43,868 nucleotides of DNA from Octopus bimaculoides (taxonomy: Eukaryota). The notes beneath the pieces are model-generated. The model was not told where the DNA came from. It worked only from the letters and a program-made list of their open reading frames with translations, and searched no databases. Where the stretch lies: NCBI RefSeq assembly GCF_001194135.2, contig NC_068991.1, positions 80,631,277-80,675,144 on the forward strand, read 5' to 3'. Both the position numbers and the translations under genes were made by a program. Position 1 is the stretch's first letter; each line of letters starts with the position of its first letter. This document shows, piece by piece, positions 11,850 to 24,028 of this stretch.

Positions 11850-13499
11850 AATTCATATTGAAAACAGGAATAGGAAGGCAAATGCATTTAAATTGAAGTG
11901 CATTCAATTCAAATGATCGAATGTATTTATGTTAATCTGACACCATTGTTGTCATTAAATAAGAAGTCTCGTCATTAAGATTTTCATTAGTGAAGACATC
12001 TGACTTTGTCATTAATCTATTTGGCTTTCAAGTCTTGAACTTATCTTATTAATCTCTTTTGCTAAACAACTAAGTTACAAGGACATAAACAAACTAACAC
12101 TGAACAGTGGTAGGGGGGACAGACACAAAGATACACATACAAGATATATAATACACACAATGGGCTTTTTTTCAGTTTCTGTCAACTAAATTCATTTGCA
12201 AGGCTTTTGTTGGCCATGGGCTATAAATATAAGACAATTGTCCATTGCGTCACACAATGGAACTGAAGCAAACTTCTAACTACACAGCTACTACTTATGA
12301 TGAGCTTCCATAGAATTTCCATTTACGAGATTTGCTCATAAGGCATTGATTGACTCTGTGCTATAATAGAAGACACTTGACCAAGGTGCTGTGCAGTGGG
12401 ACTGAACCCATAACCACATGGTTGCAAAGTCCATTCCTTAATCACACCACAGCCATGCATCTGCTTAATATGTGTGTTTCAATAATATTGGAATTTCTAT
12501 GTAGTCAAACTTACTTAAGTTTCCATTGTGATTGCTAGTTTTACACTTGACCAATAAATTTTAGTTAATGAAAACTCGACAACCATTTTTTATATTGACG
12601 ACTAATTAGGAAGTCCCTCTGACTGTCTGTTCTCCAAGGCACTGTACCAAATAAACTACTTTGAACTGAATAACCAGGTGAGTATCTTCACCTGTATGTA
12701 ACCAGAAAATTGTTTGTGGCAATGTGGCAGTGAGCCAACAAACCAGATTTTCAGACGATTTCCTTCCCTTCTTCTTTGCTCTCCCAACAAATAAAAACTA
12801 AAGAGAACTACAACATTGAAATAAATAAAGAAAATAACATTTTCATAAAATTTAAACAAAAAAAGAAAACTTGAATAAATCACAATGGAATTTGGTAAAA
12901 TAAAATGGAAAATGAAAATTGTTAAAAGATTTTCCACATCTTTCTTTAGCATTAAAAAAAAAAGAACATTTTTCAAGAAAGATAAATATTATCAAAAATA
13001 ACATTATTCTTGGCATATATTCAGAATATGGTAAAATATTTAGCAATTTGCTGGCTTTAAAGAATTCCTCATTTTCTTTGTTATTTTCCTCTTTCAAGTC
13101 AACATTTTTTTTCATTTTTTTCCCTTCCACTTAGGTTAACTAAAACAAATTAAAATAATAAAATATGATTCAATAATTTATTGAATGAAATGAGGATAAG
13201 TGATTTGTTGCAGCTGTTCTGACCATCTTAGAAAGTGTGATGGTTAAAATATGGAACTTATTGTAAAGAAAGAAAAAAAGAAAACTAAACAAAGAGGAAT
13301 TTGAGATTAACTTAGGCGCCTTTCCAAACTTTTAGCCTTAAGACTTACTTCCTTCGTCATTTTCTTTTGTATAATTGCTTTGATGCAATTTAGAAATGAG
13401 AGTTATTGGTAGTTCTTACTTGAGAATTAATCCATATGTTCTTGAAGAAATTAGAAAAATTCATAGCTCAGGTTCAAGTCTAGCAGACAGAAAGGCGAA

Positions 13500-13795
13500 A
13501 ATTGATTCATCATCATTATCATCATCATCATCACTGTTGTCATCATTGTCATCCTCATCATCATCATTATCATCAGCAACAGCAGCAACATTGTTATCGT
13601 TCTCATCATCATCATCATCATCATCATCACCGTCATCATCATCATCATCAACATCATTGTCATCATCATCAGCAGCAGCATTGTTGTTATCATATTTGTC
13701 ATCACCTTCATAATCATTATCATCAACATTGTTATTACCATCGCCATCACCACCCACATCATCATGATCATCATCATCATCACCATCATTATTGT
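13500..13795. repeat. Compound (CAT)/(CAG)n trinucleotide microsatellite
   Basis: Degenerate CAT repeats produce the poly-S, -H, -D and -M ORFs in the track. Confidence 0.95.
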
Positions 13796-14169
13796 CAACT
13801 TACAGTTTTTTAGATGAGTTCAGAAAATGACTCACAATTACAATTATTCCTCAACATTGCAGCAAAAGGTGAAACTGTGCAGTCAATGAGAAAGTTTCTA
13901 TCTGGTCACACAACATGCTAGAAATAGCAGCCAATTCTCTATCAAATCAAATCCCACTGTCTTAATATGGGAATAGCACATGACATAATGTAGTACTAGA
14001 TTCACACCCACCACCACCACCAGCAGCAACAAAAACAACAACAAAGAAAACATGTTTATAGTTGGATAGCATCATTTGATCACAAGCTTGATGATCAATG
14101 TCCACCTAGGGTTAAACAACTGTGCATTTAGAAATGCTGTGATTCAGCTATAAAATGTAATGACTTAAC

Positions 14170-14522
14170 CTTTTATAGGGTACAGGATATTGGGTAAAGA
14201 CCCCCTTTGGTCATGAGTGACCGTGGGATTGCACCTAGAAAGTTACTCCCTGAGGCACAAGCCCAGGCCAGGTTGTTTGTGGAAGACTAATCATTCCAGC
14301 CCCCTCCTCTCCATGCCACCAATGGCACCCAAGGGAAAAGCAAAGGGGCTGATACAGCTTGGCACCAGAGACATCGCAACTCATTTCTAGAGATGAGTGA
14401 ACTGGAGCAATGTGAAATAAAGAGTCTTGCTCAAGAACACATCACATAGCCTGGTCTAGGAATCAAACTCACTACCTCATGATTGTGAGCCCAATGTTCT
14501 ACCCACTGAACCATGCGCCTTC
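14170..14522 (-). mobile_element. Second tRNA-derived SINE family
   Basis: The minus strand has a tRNA-like head (ggcgcatggttcagtgggtagaac...gtgagtttgattcc) followed by gtgttcttgagcaagac, a typical SINE core. Confidence 0.6.
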
Positions 14523-14689
14523 ACTAGTGAGTTGGTTCTACTGGAAAACTAGTATTATATATATATATAGCTTCAGATCTACCCATACCTTGTATGTAAA
14601 ATTGGGTAGATGGAAACTGTATAGAAACCCAACAGTTCTATTGCATGTGCAATCCAAGACGTAGAGCCTGGTCTCACTGATTCTGTCTG

Positions 14690-14912
14690 TTAACCGTTTT
14701 CCATTCAGAACATTCTGTCAAATGTTATGGTTATTGATTCACATTATTTTGAGTTTGTATTTTCTTGTAACTTCCAGATTTTGATTATGTGATTGCTTAT
14801 TTTTAGACTGACATTGTAGGGTAGGTGTAAGAGGCTGAATCTGGCCAGTTTAAACATAAAACAGGTAGAATGATTTGGCCAGATATTTTCAGTTTAAATA
14901 CTAAAGGGTTAA
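14690..14912. mobile_element. piggyBac-like non-autonomous element (TTAACC...AGGGTTAA)
   Basis: Bounded by ttaacc and aagggttaa. Related copies at about 22050-22205 and, inverted, 34675-34870. Confidence 0.55.
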
Positions 14913-15043
14913 CAATAACATATCTGTGGAACACTCAGCCACTTCCTCATTTATTCAGAAGCAGTTAATTCAGTTGATTTTCATTATCAAAAAGCTTAGG
15001 GATGTTGTGCACAACATATTTGTGAAATGTGTGTTTCAAGTGT

Positions 15044-15439
15044 TTAACCCTTTCATTACCATTTTTCTGCTGAAATACACTGCCTTGGTTTCAATTAATT
15101 TTGAAAATAATGAAGAATTTATAAACAAAAGAAAAAAAGAGTTACTATTGATCTGGTGTGTGGAGTATGAATTAGCATGAAATTTTAATGGAAGCTTTTA
15201 ATTTAAATAAAACCGTTTTGTTAAGGTATTTCTTTTGAAAAACACGAACTTTGTTTCAATTTAATTTAGAAAATAATGAAGAATTTAGTAAAATAATTTT
15301 GTTATTATTAAGTCCGTGTTTTGGACATAAATTAAAGTGGGATTTTTATGGAATGTTTTAATTTAGATCTCTCTAAAACAGGGGATTTGTATCATAGAAG
15401 CAGGTTTTGTCTCAGGTGGGTTGGTATCAAAAGGATTAA
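15044..15439. mobile_element. Second piggyBac-like MITE family with an internal ~150-bp duplication
   Basis: ttaaccctttc...caaaaggattaa. The block tttcaatt(t)aattt(t/a)gaaaataatgaagaattt occurs twice. Related partial copies at about 9435-9620 and 17040-17170. Confidence 0.55.
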
Positions 15440-17294
15440 CCTTTTCTAATCAAATTTTTAATGAAATACACTTATCCTTGTATGTTTCAGTCGATTTTCA
15501 AAATAATTTACTCAGATTTAATAAAATAACAAATATTTTCATTGTTAAGTTGGTGTCTTCAAACACAAATTAGGAAAATAGTTCTGTGATAAAATTCTGA
15601 TGTAAAATATTAATTTATATGTGAACACTTTAAAATAGATATTAAGTATTATAAAACCAAAGATGGCCTTAAATGGTTTGATATTAGCAAGGTTGATTAA
15701 TTAATTATCTGAACATTTCTAGTAAAATTAAATCCTGAATAATTACTGCTGCTGTACAGAAAGACATTTTAATAGCATCCAGAGAAAGATCACTAACTGA
15801 TTGGCACATCTACATTCCAGCCTTTGGCCCAGATGTCTTGTCTGTTTCTTTTTCTGCTACTTCATTGGCTTTTGCTCCTAAGAGTTGGCAATTTAAGTGC
15901 TACTTCCACTTAGGTACTCCCAATTCACTTGAATCTTTGCATCCCGTTACTTAAATTGTGTCCAACTATCCAGGTCCTGCACTAACCACTACACCCTGTT
16001 TTTCCATTGCAAAATGCTGATCCTCTGGAATTTCCTATCTGTATATCTTATCGTGTTTTTCTTACAGTCATGGATTTGCAACAGATGTACCACATTCAAG
16101 TTTACTCATTTAATTTCATACATGACTGAACTGTAAATAATAACAGAGTTCCCCTATCAAACCAGAGTAACAGTCTCTGCCATTGCTTTCTCTCAATCTA
16201 CACCCTACAAGCACATATCTTCCTCCTATCACTCTCCACTCCTTTTCTACACAACCACTTCTCCCAAGTACTGACACCACACCTAATTCTCATTCACATT
16301 ATACCACATGCCAAAGGAACTCCTGACCAAAATCTCTATAAAGCCAGAAAGGAACAAAGAAAACCACTCTGCAAGATGACAGCTGAAACTTCAAAGTCAC
16401 TGTCAAACTTTTCCTTATGAAAATTTTAGTGCGTATGTGTGCACATGCATACGTGTGTGCGCACACATGCACGTGTGTGTGAACTGTGTAAATGTGCATG
16501 TGTGTATATCTTTGTGTTTATTCCCTCACTACCTAACAACTGATGTTGGTTTGTTTACATCATTATAACTAAATTTGGCAATAAGAGAATGATTGAATAC
16601 ATGTCAGACTCAATATAAGTCCTGAAGTGGCTTTGTCCAGCTAAACCCTTCACAGTGGTGCTGCAGTATGGCCACAGTCTAATGACTGAAACAAGTAAAA
16701 GAATTGTATTTGGTTTTTATTTGAGAAATACTGTGACCCTTCTAAAAATCCTGCCCCCTTTTATGATCTCCCAAGGACCCAAAGAGAGTGTTAGGGTCCA
16801 GGTTATGAAAACATTGCACTAACTGACCCAAGAAATGCTTTTTTTTTTTATTTTTCATCTTTTTAAAATGTCAGTTAAAGATGAATTTTGATATTAAAGA
16901 TGAATTTTGTTTTTTTTAATAGTTAACATTTTGTTTTTTGTGAAATCACAAAAAATATAACAAGTCTGTCAGAATTCTAAACCCTAACCCACTTATGGGT
17001 CCCCTTTGCTCTGAAACCCAAATTCCTGATTTAAACTGAACAAGATTGAAACCTTCTATCAAAATTTCATGTCAGTTTTTGTTTCTTACAACATTTTTTA
17101 AAGTTAATTGAAATAAAGGTTGTATATTTCGACAGAAATATAGTAAAAAAAAACAAAAGAAGGGGGTTAAGATATATGCTGTCTTATATAGGTTTTATTT
17201 TGTATTTATTTGTTGTCTCTTGAACTAATCCCTTCATTAACAATAAACTTACAGATGAAGAGTAAAGAGAAATGACATTGCAGAATAAACAAGA

Positions 17295-17325
<31 letters not shown>

Positions 17326-17445
17326 GACCCCCTCCCTCCCACTTTCTTTTGCTAACAAAAGGAAAATATGAAATATTTGAAATGAGAGCAGCATTTTTCA
17401 GTTTTTCACTCTATTTCTGTTTTGCCAATTCCAAATTGTTTACAG

Positions 17446-17566
17446 GCAGTGAGTTACAAGAATATAAGAAAGCTTGTCAATTTGAGAAAGTTAAACAAGA
17501 ACTTGACTACGAAAAAAGCCGAAATGTTCATTTGGAAGAAAAATGTCAGTCGTTAGAGAAGCGAAG
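17446..17566 (+). CDS. GRAMD4: GRAMD4-like, coding exon 3
   Basis: ttacag|...|gtagat, phase 1 to 2. SSELQEYKKACQFEKVKQELDYEKSRNVHLEEKCQSLEKR, coiled coil like human LRQELDRERQRRMELEQK. Confidence 0.9.
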
Positions 17567-18276
17567 GTAGATATATTTCAATTTTGCCTTTTGTTTGTTT
17601 TTGTTTTAACTAAGATTTAGCTATTAATTATTTTTGAAATAATTGACCAAAAAGGAAAAGGGCTCTGGAAAAGGGCTCTGACTATGGACCATGAACCATT
17701 TTTTGTTTGTTTCATTTTTGTAATTCATAAATAGGGGACACAGTGTAATGATTTTAGGATGTGTGGAATTCAAGAATTTCCCAAAGGCATTTGGGGGGTA
17801 ATACTCCAGCTTGGCCACACTCCAGTAACTAAAACCAGTAAAAAAAATAAAGCAAAACATTAACAACTGGGAACTATATATGAGTTAAGGCCCACAACCC
17901 TCGATTATCAAGAACTCAGCCCTTTACTATGACATTAGCTCCAGAAATCTAATGGTCACTGCTTCCTGTTAGGCACACTCATGGCTGTGGGGTAATTAAA
18001 ATTGATTTGTAACTACATGTCTTACTGTTCAATCCCACCATGTAGCACTTTGGATAAGCATCTTCTGCCATAGACTCAGGTCAATGAAAATTATGTGAAT
18101 TAAATTTAGTTTTTCTACGTTATGAGTTTAGAGTGAGAATTATTTGAGACAAAGTTTTGTAATTTGATGCCTTTCCTATCATCAACACTTAACCTGTTTT
18201 TCAAATAAAGGATTATTTTTAAAATTCGATTTTTCTGTCAATGTAAATATATTTTGTTTTTGTTTAATTTGTTCAG

Positions 18277-18383
18277 AAGAAAAGTGCAACGGAGCAAATC
18301 TGATGCAACACATCACGTTTCACCAGATGAGACAGACTCCAATGAAGTTAAAGATCGTTCCCTTCCAACAGAAGATCGAGAAG
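18277..18383 (+). CDS. GRAMD4: GRAMD4-like, coding exon 4
   Basis: ttgttcag|...|gtaaca, phase 2 to 1. RRKVQRSKSDATHHVSPDETDSNEVKDRSLPTEDRE. Confidence 0.85.
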
Positions 18384-18627
18384 GTAACAAACTATTCATT
18401 AGTTTCTTTTCAATTCTTTCTTTTCTTCTTTTGTAAGCCAGAGTGACTGGTAGAGTTAATCAATCACTTTGTTTAACATACCAGTCATATTGTGGGCCAT
18501 ATTGGTTGAGGTATGTTTGATTTAAACCATTATTTGATTTAACACTGCACTTGGTCCTTGCCTTTCATCATTTTATGGTTGATAAATAGATTAAACATTC
18601 ATTCATACCCACACACATACATATGTG

Positions 18628-18676
<49 letters not shown>

Positions 18677-18731
18677 ACTTCACTGTCTAAAGTAATTCAG
18701 TTTTAATTTTTTTTTAATTCTTCATTTACAG

Positions 18732-18897
18732 TTGTCAATGACTTGACTGATGTAAATTCAATTGGTCCCAAGACGCGCTGGCAACGGATTTGGGATGCGG
18801 TTGTTGATCAGATCTCTGAAGTCATCAACGATTTCTCTGAAGTTCCAGAACCAAATCCGGAAATTGATTCTGATGGAGATCCTTTAACTGTCCGAAA
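18732..18897 (+). CDS. GRAMD4: GRAMD4-like, coding exon 5
   Basis: atttacag|...|gtaaat, phase 1 to 2. VVNDLTDVNSIGPKTRWQRIWDAVVDQISEVINDFSEVPEPNPEIDSDGDPLTVR; compare human ...EEPLSARR. Confidence 0.9.
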
Positions 18898-19459
18898 GTA
18901 AATCCACATCAATTTTCTTTCATGATTTTTTTTTCTCCATTTTGTATTTATAAAAGAAATCCTTAAAATGTCTTTTATATTTACAATTCTGATAAGTAAT
19001 TCACTTGGTAGAAATGATGTTTTAAATATTTTACAATATCTAATTTTATTTCTTTTTGGTTTGACATTAAATGCTACTGGGACCAATTTTTTATAATTTC
19101 ACCATTCTTATTGGATTTATAAAGTAAAGTAGTGAGTAAATGGATCTCTGTTGGTTTTAACAAAGAGCATCCAGTTGTTTTGATCAACTGGACTTCTTGT
19201 TCATTGAATTAGCAAATAAATAACTGAATATTCCATAGACACACGTATATGTTTAATGTAATTCTCTGATAGAATCAACATGACTCAGTGCATAACAAGC
19301 TTGGACCTTTGAATTACAGGTTCAAACCATCTGCTAGGTTTCTAAACACATTCCATAAAAACCCAATTTTATTTGTATGGCTTGGGTTGACCCAAAGTTA
19401 TAGTAAATGATACTTGCTTTGACCCCTATCCAATAGTGATGGGTAAAAGTGTATAAGTT

Positions 19460-19835
19460 AAGCACCCATGTCTGTCGAATAAGAAGTTTGCTTCCCAACC
19501 ACATGGTTTCATGTCCAGTCCCACTGCATGGTCCCTTGGGCAAGTGTCTTGTAATATAGCTCCAGGCTGGCCAAAGCCTTGTGAGTGAATTTGGTAGACA
19601 GACACTGAAAGAAGCCCATCAAATATGTGGTGGGGAGGAAATGTCCATTGTCACTACTTGACAGCCAGCGTTGGTTTGTGTACATTCCCATAACTTAGCA
19701 GTTTGTCAAAAGAGGACTGATAGGATACATACCAGACTTAAAGAGAAATAAGTACAGGGAGTCAATTTGTCTAACTAAACTCTCGAGGGTAGTGCCCCAA
19801 CATGGCCACAACTCAGTAAATGACACAACTAAAAG
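19460..19835 (+). mobile_element. Near full-length SINE family A (head, variable spacer, tail)
   Basis: Head as above, then the tail cttgacagccagcgttggtttg...taacttagcagttt...ccccaacatggccac. Similar copies at about 24135-24470 and 32580-32990. Confidence 0.8.
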
Positions 19836-20266
19836 ATTAAGACCCCAATAATAAAAAATGCTATGAGATTCACCTGATTTGATTTGAATTTCAATTGATT
19901 CTCTCAGAAATAAATGTAAAGCTTTGGGAAAGAGAAACTCAGAAATATATTGATTTCCTTTACAAGAAACATTGTGTGATAAATCGAGTTGATTGTGTGT
20001 TATTTTAGTTGTTGTTGGTGTTGTTGATGTCACTATATCATGTCTCTCAGCGATTACTAAATGATGTCTGTGCATTTCTATATAGAAACCGTTGTCATTG
20101 TGATGTCACCATCATCACCACCACTTCCATCATCATTATTGTCATCATTAGCGTTGCCATCGTCATCACAACCACCACCACCACCATCACAACCATTTGG
20201 TAACCAGAAACTGAAAGAAGCCTGTCATGTATATACATATATATACACATATATATACATATATAT

Positions 20267-20332
<66 letters not shown>

Positions 20333-20444
20333 GCACACATGCATACAATAACTGCATACATACATATACATATGCTTGTATGTATAAATGCGCACATGTG
20401 TGTGTGTGTGTGCACGTCTGTTAGTGTATGTGTGTGTGTGTGAT

Positions 20445-20690
20445 AGTGTCTCCATGACATAATGGGTGTAAATGAACACGGAAAATTGTACGAGTGGTGT
20501 CCTTCATTTGTATTCTTCCATGAAAATATGTCTGACAAGAAGAAAATATTATCTGACTTGGCAACAGGTGAGGTTGGTGACAGGAAGGGTATCTGGCCAG
20601 TGAAAATCTACAAATCTACCTCAAAAAATGCCAAGTAACCTTGGCGAGCATGAGAAAATGCATGTCAAGATGATAATGATGTATATATGT
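20445..20690 (+). mobile_element. Retroposon 3' end family (caggtgagggttggcaacaggaagggcatcc...(ATG)n)
   Basis: The same block recurs at about 24500-24690 and 25720-25920 (+), and 28380-28620 (-). Confidence 0.7.
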
Positions 20691-20701
20691 ATACATATGC
20701 A

Positions 20702-20739
<38 letters not shown>

Positions 20740-21047
20740 CGCCATGAACGGTTTGTGTTTTTAAACGGAATGTATTTTTTCTGATGTTATATCTGTTCCT
20801 GAATGATGTGTAAAGAAATTTTTATTTAAGCATCTTAATGAATTCTTTATACTGAAATATATATTGAAGAAGATAAATATGTTCTTTTGAATTTATACGT
20901 TTTTTGCGTCGTAACTCCTTTATTATTATTAATATAACCAAAAGGATCGATTCTTGTTCACTGTCGTTTTTTTCTGCTATTTAGGTGATGATTTTTTAAG
21001 TTAGCTTACCAATTATTTTTGTTGGTAGTTAATTTATAATATATTGT

Positions 21048-21082
<35 letters not shown>

Positions 21083-21122
21083 ATGTGTGTGTGTGTGTGT
21101 GTGTGTTATTTAATAACCATCA

Positions 21123-21802
21123 AATATGTTTTTATGTGCTACTATTAGTTTCATGTGCTGAGGACATGCCAAAGTGTGTTTTATGACATATCTGGTATTC
21201 CGGCACAATCATCAGACACTGCCCACATGGCATAACAAACTAAAAATGGAATAAGAGAAGTGAGAAAAGGCAAAAAGGAAGTATATATAAAAGGTAGAAG
21301 GTTGAAAATCCAGAAAACAAAGAAGAATCAAAATAAGGAAAAGGGAGAATAAGAGTTATTTATAACGGATTGTGAAAATGTAAGCTATACATAGTTGAAA
21401 TAAGAACTCTAACTCACAGCTGAACTGTAGATCCGAAATTTTCAGTGGGTGTAAGCATATGCCTAAGTTCCTGTTGATGAACTGGAAAGTGCCTACCTAC
21501 CAGATTGAATAAGTGTACCATAGGCTCTAAGTCACTATCTTTTCAGTCTTATATTTTTACAGTCTAAGGGAAATAACTCTTATTCTCCCTTTTGTTTCTT
21601 TCTGATTTCTTTTTCATTTTCCACCTTTTATATATATACTTCCTTGCTGTTGCTTCTTGCTTTTTCTGTTGTCCCATTTTTAGTTTATCATGCTACGTGG
21701 GCAGTGTCTGATGATTGTACTGGAAAACCAGGCATGTTTTAAAACACTGTTTGGCTTGTTCTCAGACCATGAAACTAACAGTAGCACATAAAAACACATA
21801 TT
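21123..21802 (+). mobile_element. Penelope-like element remnant: inverted pLTR pair enclosing the ORF C-terminus
   Basis: Arms of about 260 bp (21123-21386 and 21545-21802) are reverse complements. The spacer encodes NSQLNCRSEIFSGCKHMPKFLLMNWKVPTYQIE* (21411-21512), matching the remembered PLE C-terminal LNxRSExxSxCxHxxKFLL motif. Confidence 0.75.
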
Positions 21803-23129
21803 GTGTTCATTAAATAATATTTATCTCTCACCAGATGGAGTACTTTTTTTGTTGATCTTACCATCACGGAACAGTACAATACATACATACAAACATGCAT
21901 GCATACATACATACATACATACATACATAACAAAATACTTCTGCACAATTTCTGTCTGCAAAATGTTTTTTATCATTCATTGTTGGGCAAACTGAAGCTA
22001 GAAAAGAAGAAACTAGTCCAACCCTTTTAGCATTCAGATTATTCACTCAAATGTAACGGTTATTTGTACATACTGTTTTGAAGTGATCATGCATTGTCTT
22101 ATAGCTTTGATCTTTAGAATGACATTATCAGGCAGGTGTGAGAGGCCAGACCTGGTCAGTTGGAGCATAAAACAAGGAGAATATTTTGGTTGATATGTTA
22201 AAGGGCTGAAGTACTATGCAGTGGGATTAAACCAAGAAGCACAGTTGCAAAGGAAATTTCCCAACCACTCATCATCTCTCCAAGCACTTCACATTTGAAA
22301 AGATGCAATATTTAATGTAGGAATTTTAAATATTTAATAAAGAAATAATATTTCAGATATCAAAAGAGAAAACAACATGGATGGTTTGTTTTTCCTTTTC
22401 CATCCTGTCGTCATTTGTCAAATCAATATTGAAAGTATTTTAAGTCGATGACAAGTGGATTAGAAAGAAACGTTTTCTTTTGCTGGAAATTGGCAGGAGA
22501 ATCGACAATGGTAAAAGTGAAATCATCATCATCATTATTACCATCATCCATTGTCACCATCATCATCATCAACATCATTTGATGTTTGGTTTTCATGCTG
22601 GTATGGCTTGGATAGTTTCACATGGTCTGATGATTGAAAGGACTGCCTCTTGTACCAATGTCTTCTTCAACATAGTTCCCATGGATGGATATCTTTCTTA
22701 ATGTCAACCCCTTTCTGCAGTGAACTATGTAGGTGCCTTTTTTTTCCTTCAAAGGACCACCTCTTGTGATGATTGCCTTGTAACTTACAAGGTGAAGAGC
22801 CGAATGTGGCCTTCATAACTGAGGGGAAAGGGAACAAAGGGTGGGTGATGGCATTTCAGCCAAGGGAACGATAAGTAAGAGGGGGAAATGGGGAGAGTAT
22901 GGCAGAGAAGGGGCGTGGGGGGAAGAAGGGACTAGCGACACAATTAAGAAAAAGAGATTGAGATGAAAATAGCAATGATAAAGCAAACATTGAAGAATAT
23001 TATACAAGAGATTGGATGGAGAAAAAAAAGGGATGGGTATTCCAGAGTAACCTTTTCAGGTAATGAAGGAATGACAGAAACAGTGACAGGAAACCAATAA
23101 GAAAATGAGAGTCTGGAAATTTACTAGTC

Positions 23130-23168
<39 letters not shown>

Positions 23169-23317
23169 GGTGGTGGTGGTGGTGGTGGTGGTGGTGGTGG
23201 TTTTTATACTCATCATCATTGCTATCATTATGGTGGTGGTGGTCATAGTAGTAGTAGTAGTTACAGTTGATGTTTATTTTTTTCTCAAAATAATTTTCTT
23301 CTGTTCTATTTCTTCAG

Positions 23318-23343
23318 GCTAAAGAATAATATCACCCGGTTTG
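23318..23343 (+). CDS. GRAMD4: GRAMD4-like, coding exon 6 (26-nt microexon)
   Basis: tttcttcag|gctaaagaataatatcacccggtttg|gtaagt, phase 2 to 1. KLKNNITRF aligns to human RLTENMRRL and is needed to join the phases of exons 5 and 7. Confidence 0.85.
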
Positions 23344-23576
23344 GTAAGTACATCAAACATCCAACATTTCCATTGGATATCCTTCTTTTTCCCTTCTGTT
23401 TCTGCTGCCCCCTTTTGGGGCAAACATTTATTTGTGGTTTATTTTACAACCTTTGTGGTTTTATGGTCAGTCCGACTGCATGGTACCTTGGGCAAGTGTC
23501 TTCTTCTGTAGCCTCAGGCTGACCAAAGCTTTGTAAGTGGATCTGGTCACTGGAAGCTGAAACAAGTCTGTCATAT

Positions 23577-23745
23577 ATCATCATCATCATCATCGTTTAG
23601 CATCTGCTTTCCATGCTGGCATGGGTTGGATGATTTGACTGAGGACTGGCAAGCCAGGAGGCTGCACCAGGCTCCAATCTGATCTGGCAGAGTTTCCACA
23701 GCTGGATGCCCTTACTAATGCTACCACTCAGAGAGTGTAGTTGCT
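23577..23745 (-). mobile_element. RTE-type 3' tail copy
   Basis: catcatcatcgtttagcatctgctttccatgctggcatgggttgga.... Other copies at about 5690-5905, 8990-9180, 22555-22750, 26550-26790, 30700-30950 and 36520-36660. Confidence 0.85.
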
Positions 23746-23964
23746 AACAATAACGATAATCCATGTATATTCCATCCATGGGTTCTTATTACTATATTTA
23801 TCCTACATTATATCAGCTTGGTGATCCCCCACCACCAACAAAGAAAAAAACCCATAAAAACTTGTATTGCAATTTGGTATCAGGCTGTAACCAACATAAT
23901 AAAATACGAGCTTTTATATGCATATTCAAAATGTTTCCCATAAACAAACTTAAAGAATATATAC

Positions 23965-24028
<64 letters not shown>

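Noticed and set aside
13396-13813. Poly-Ser, -His, -Asp and -Met ORFs of about 100 aa
   Set aside because: They are translations of a (CAT)n microsatellite in four frames and have no splice context.
19860-20000. Minus-strand LDLSHN, resembling an LRR motif
   Set aside because: It is a single isolated motif with no splice sites or repeat periodicity.
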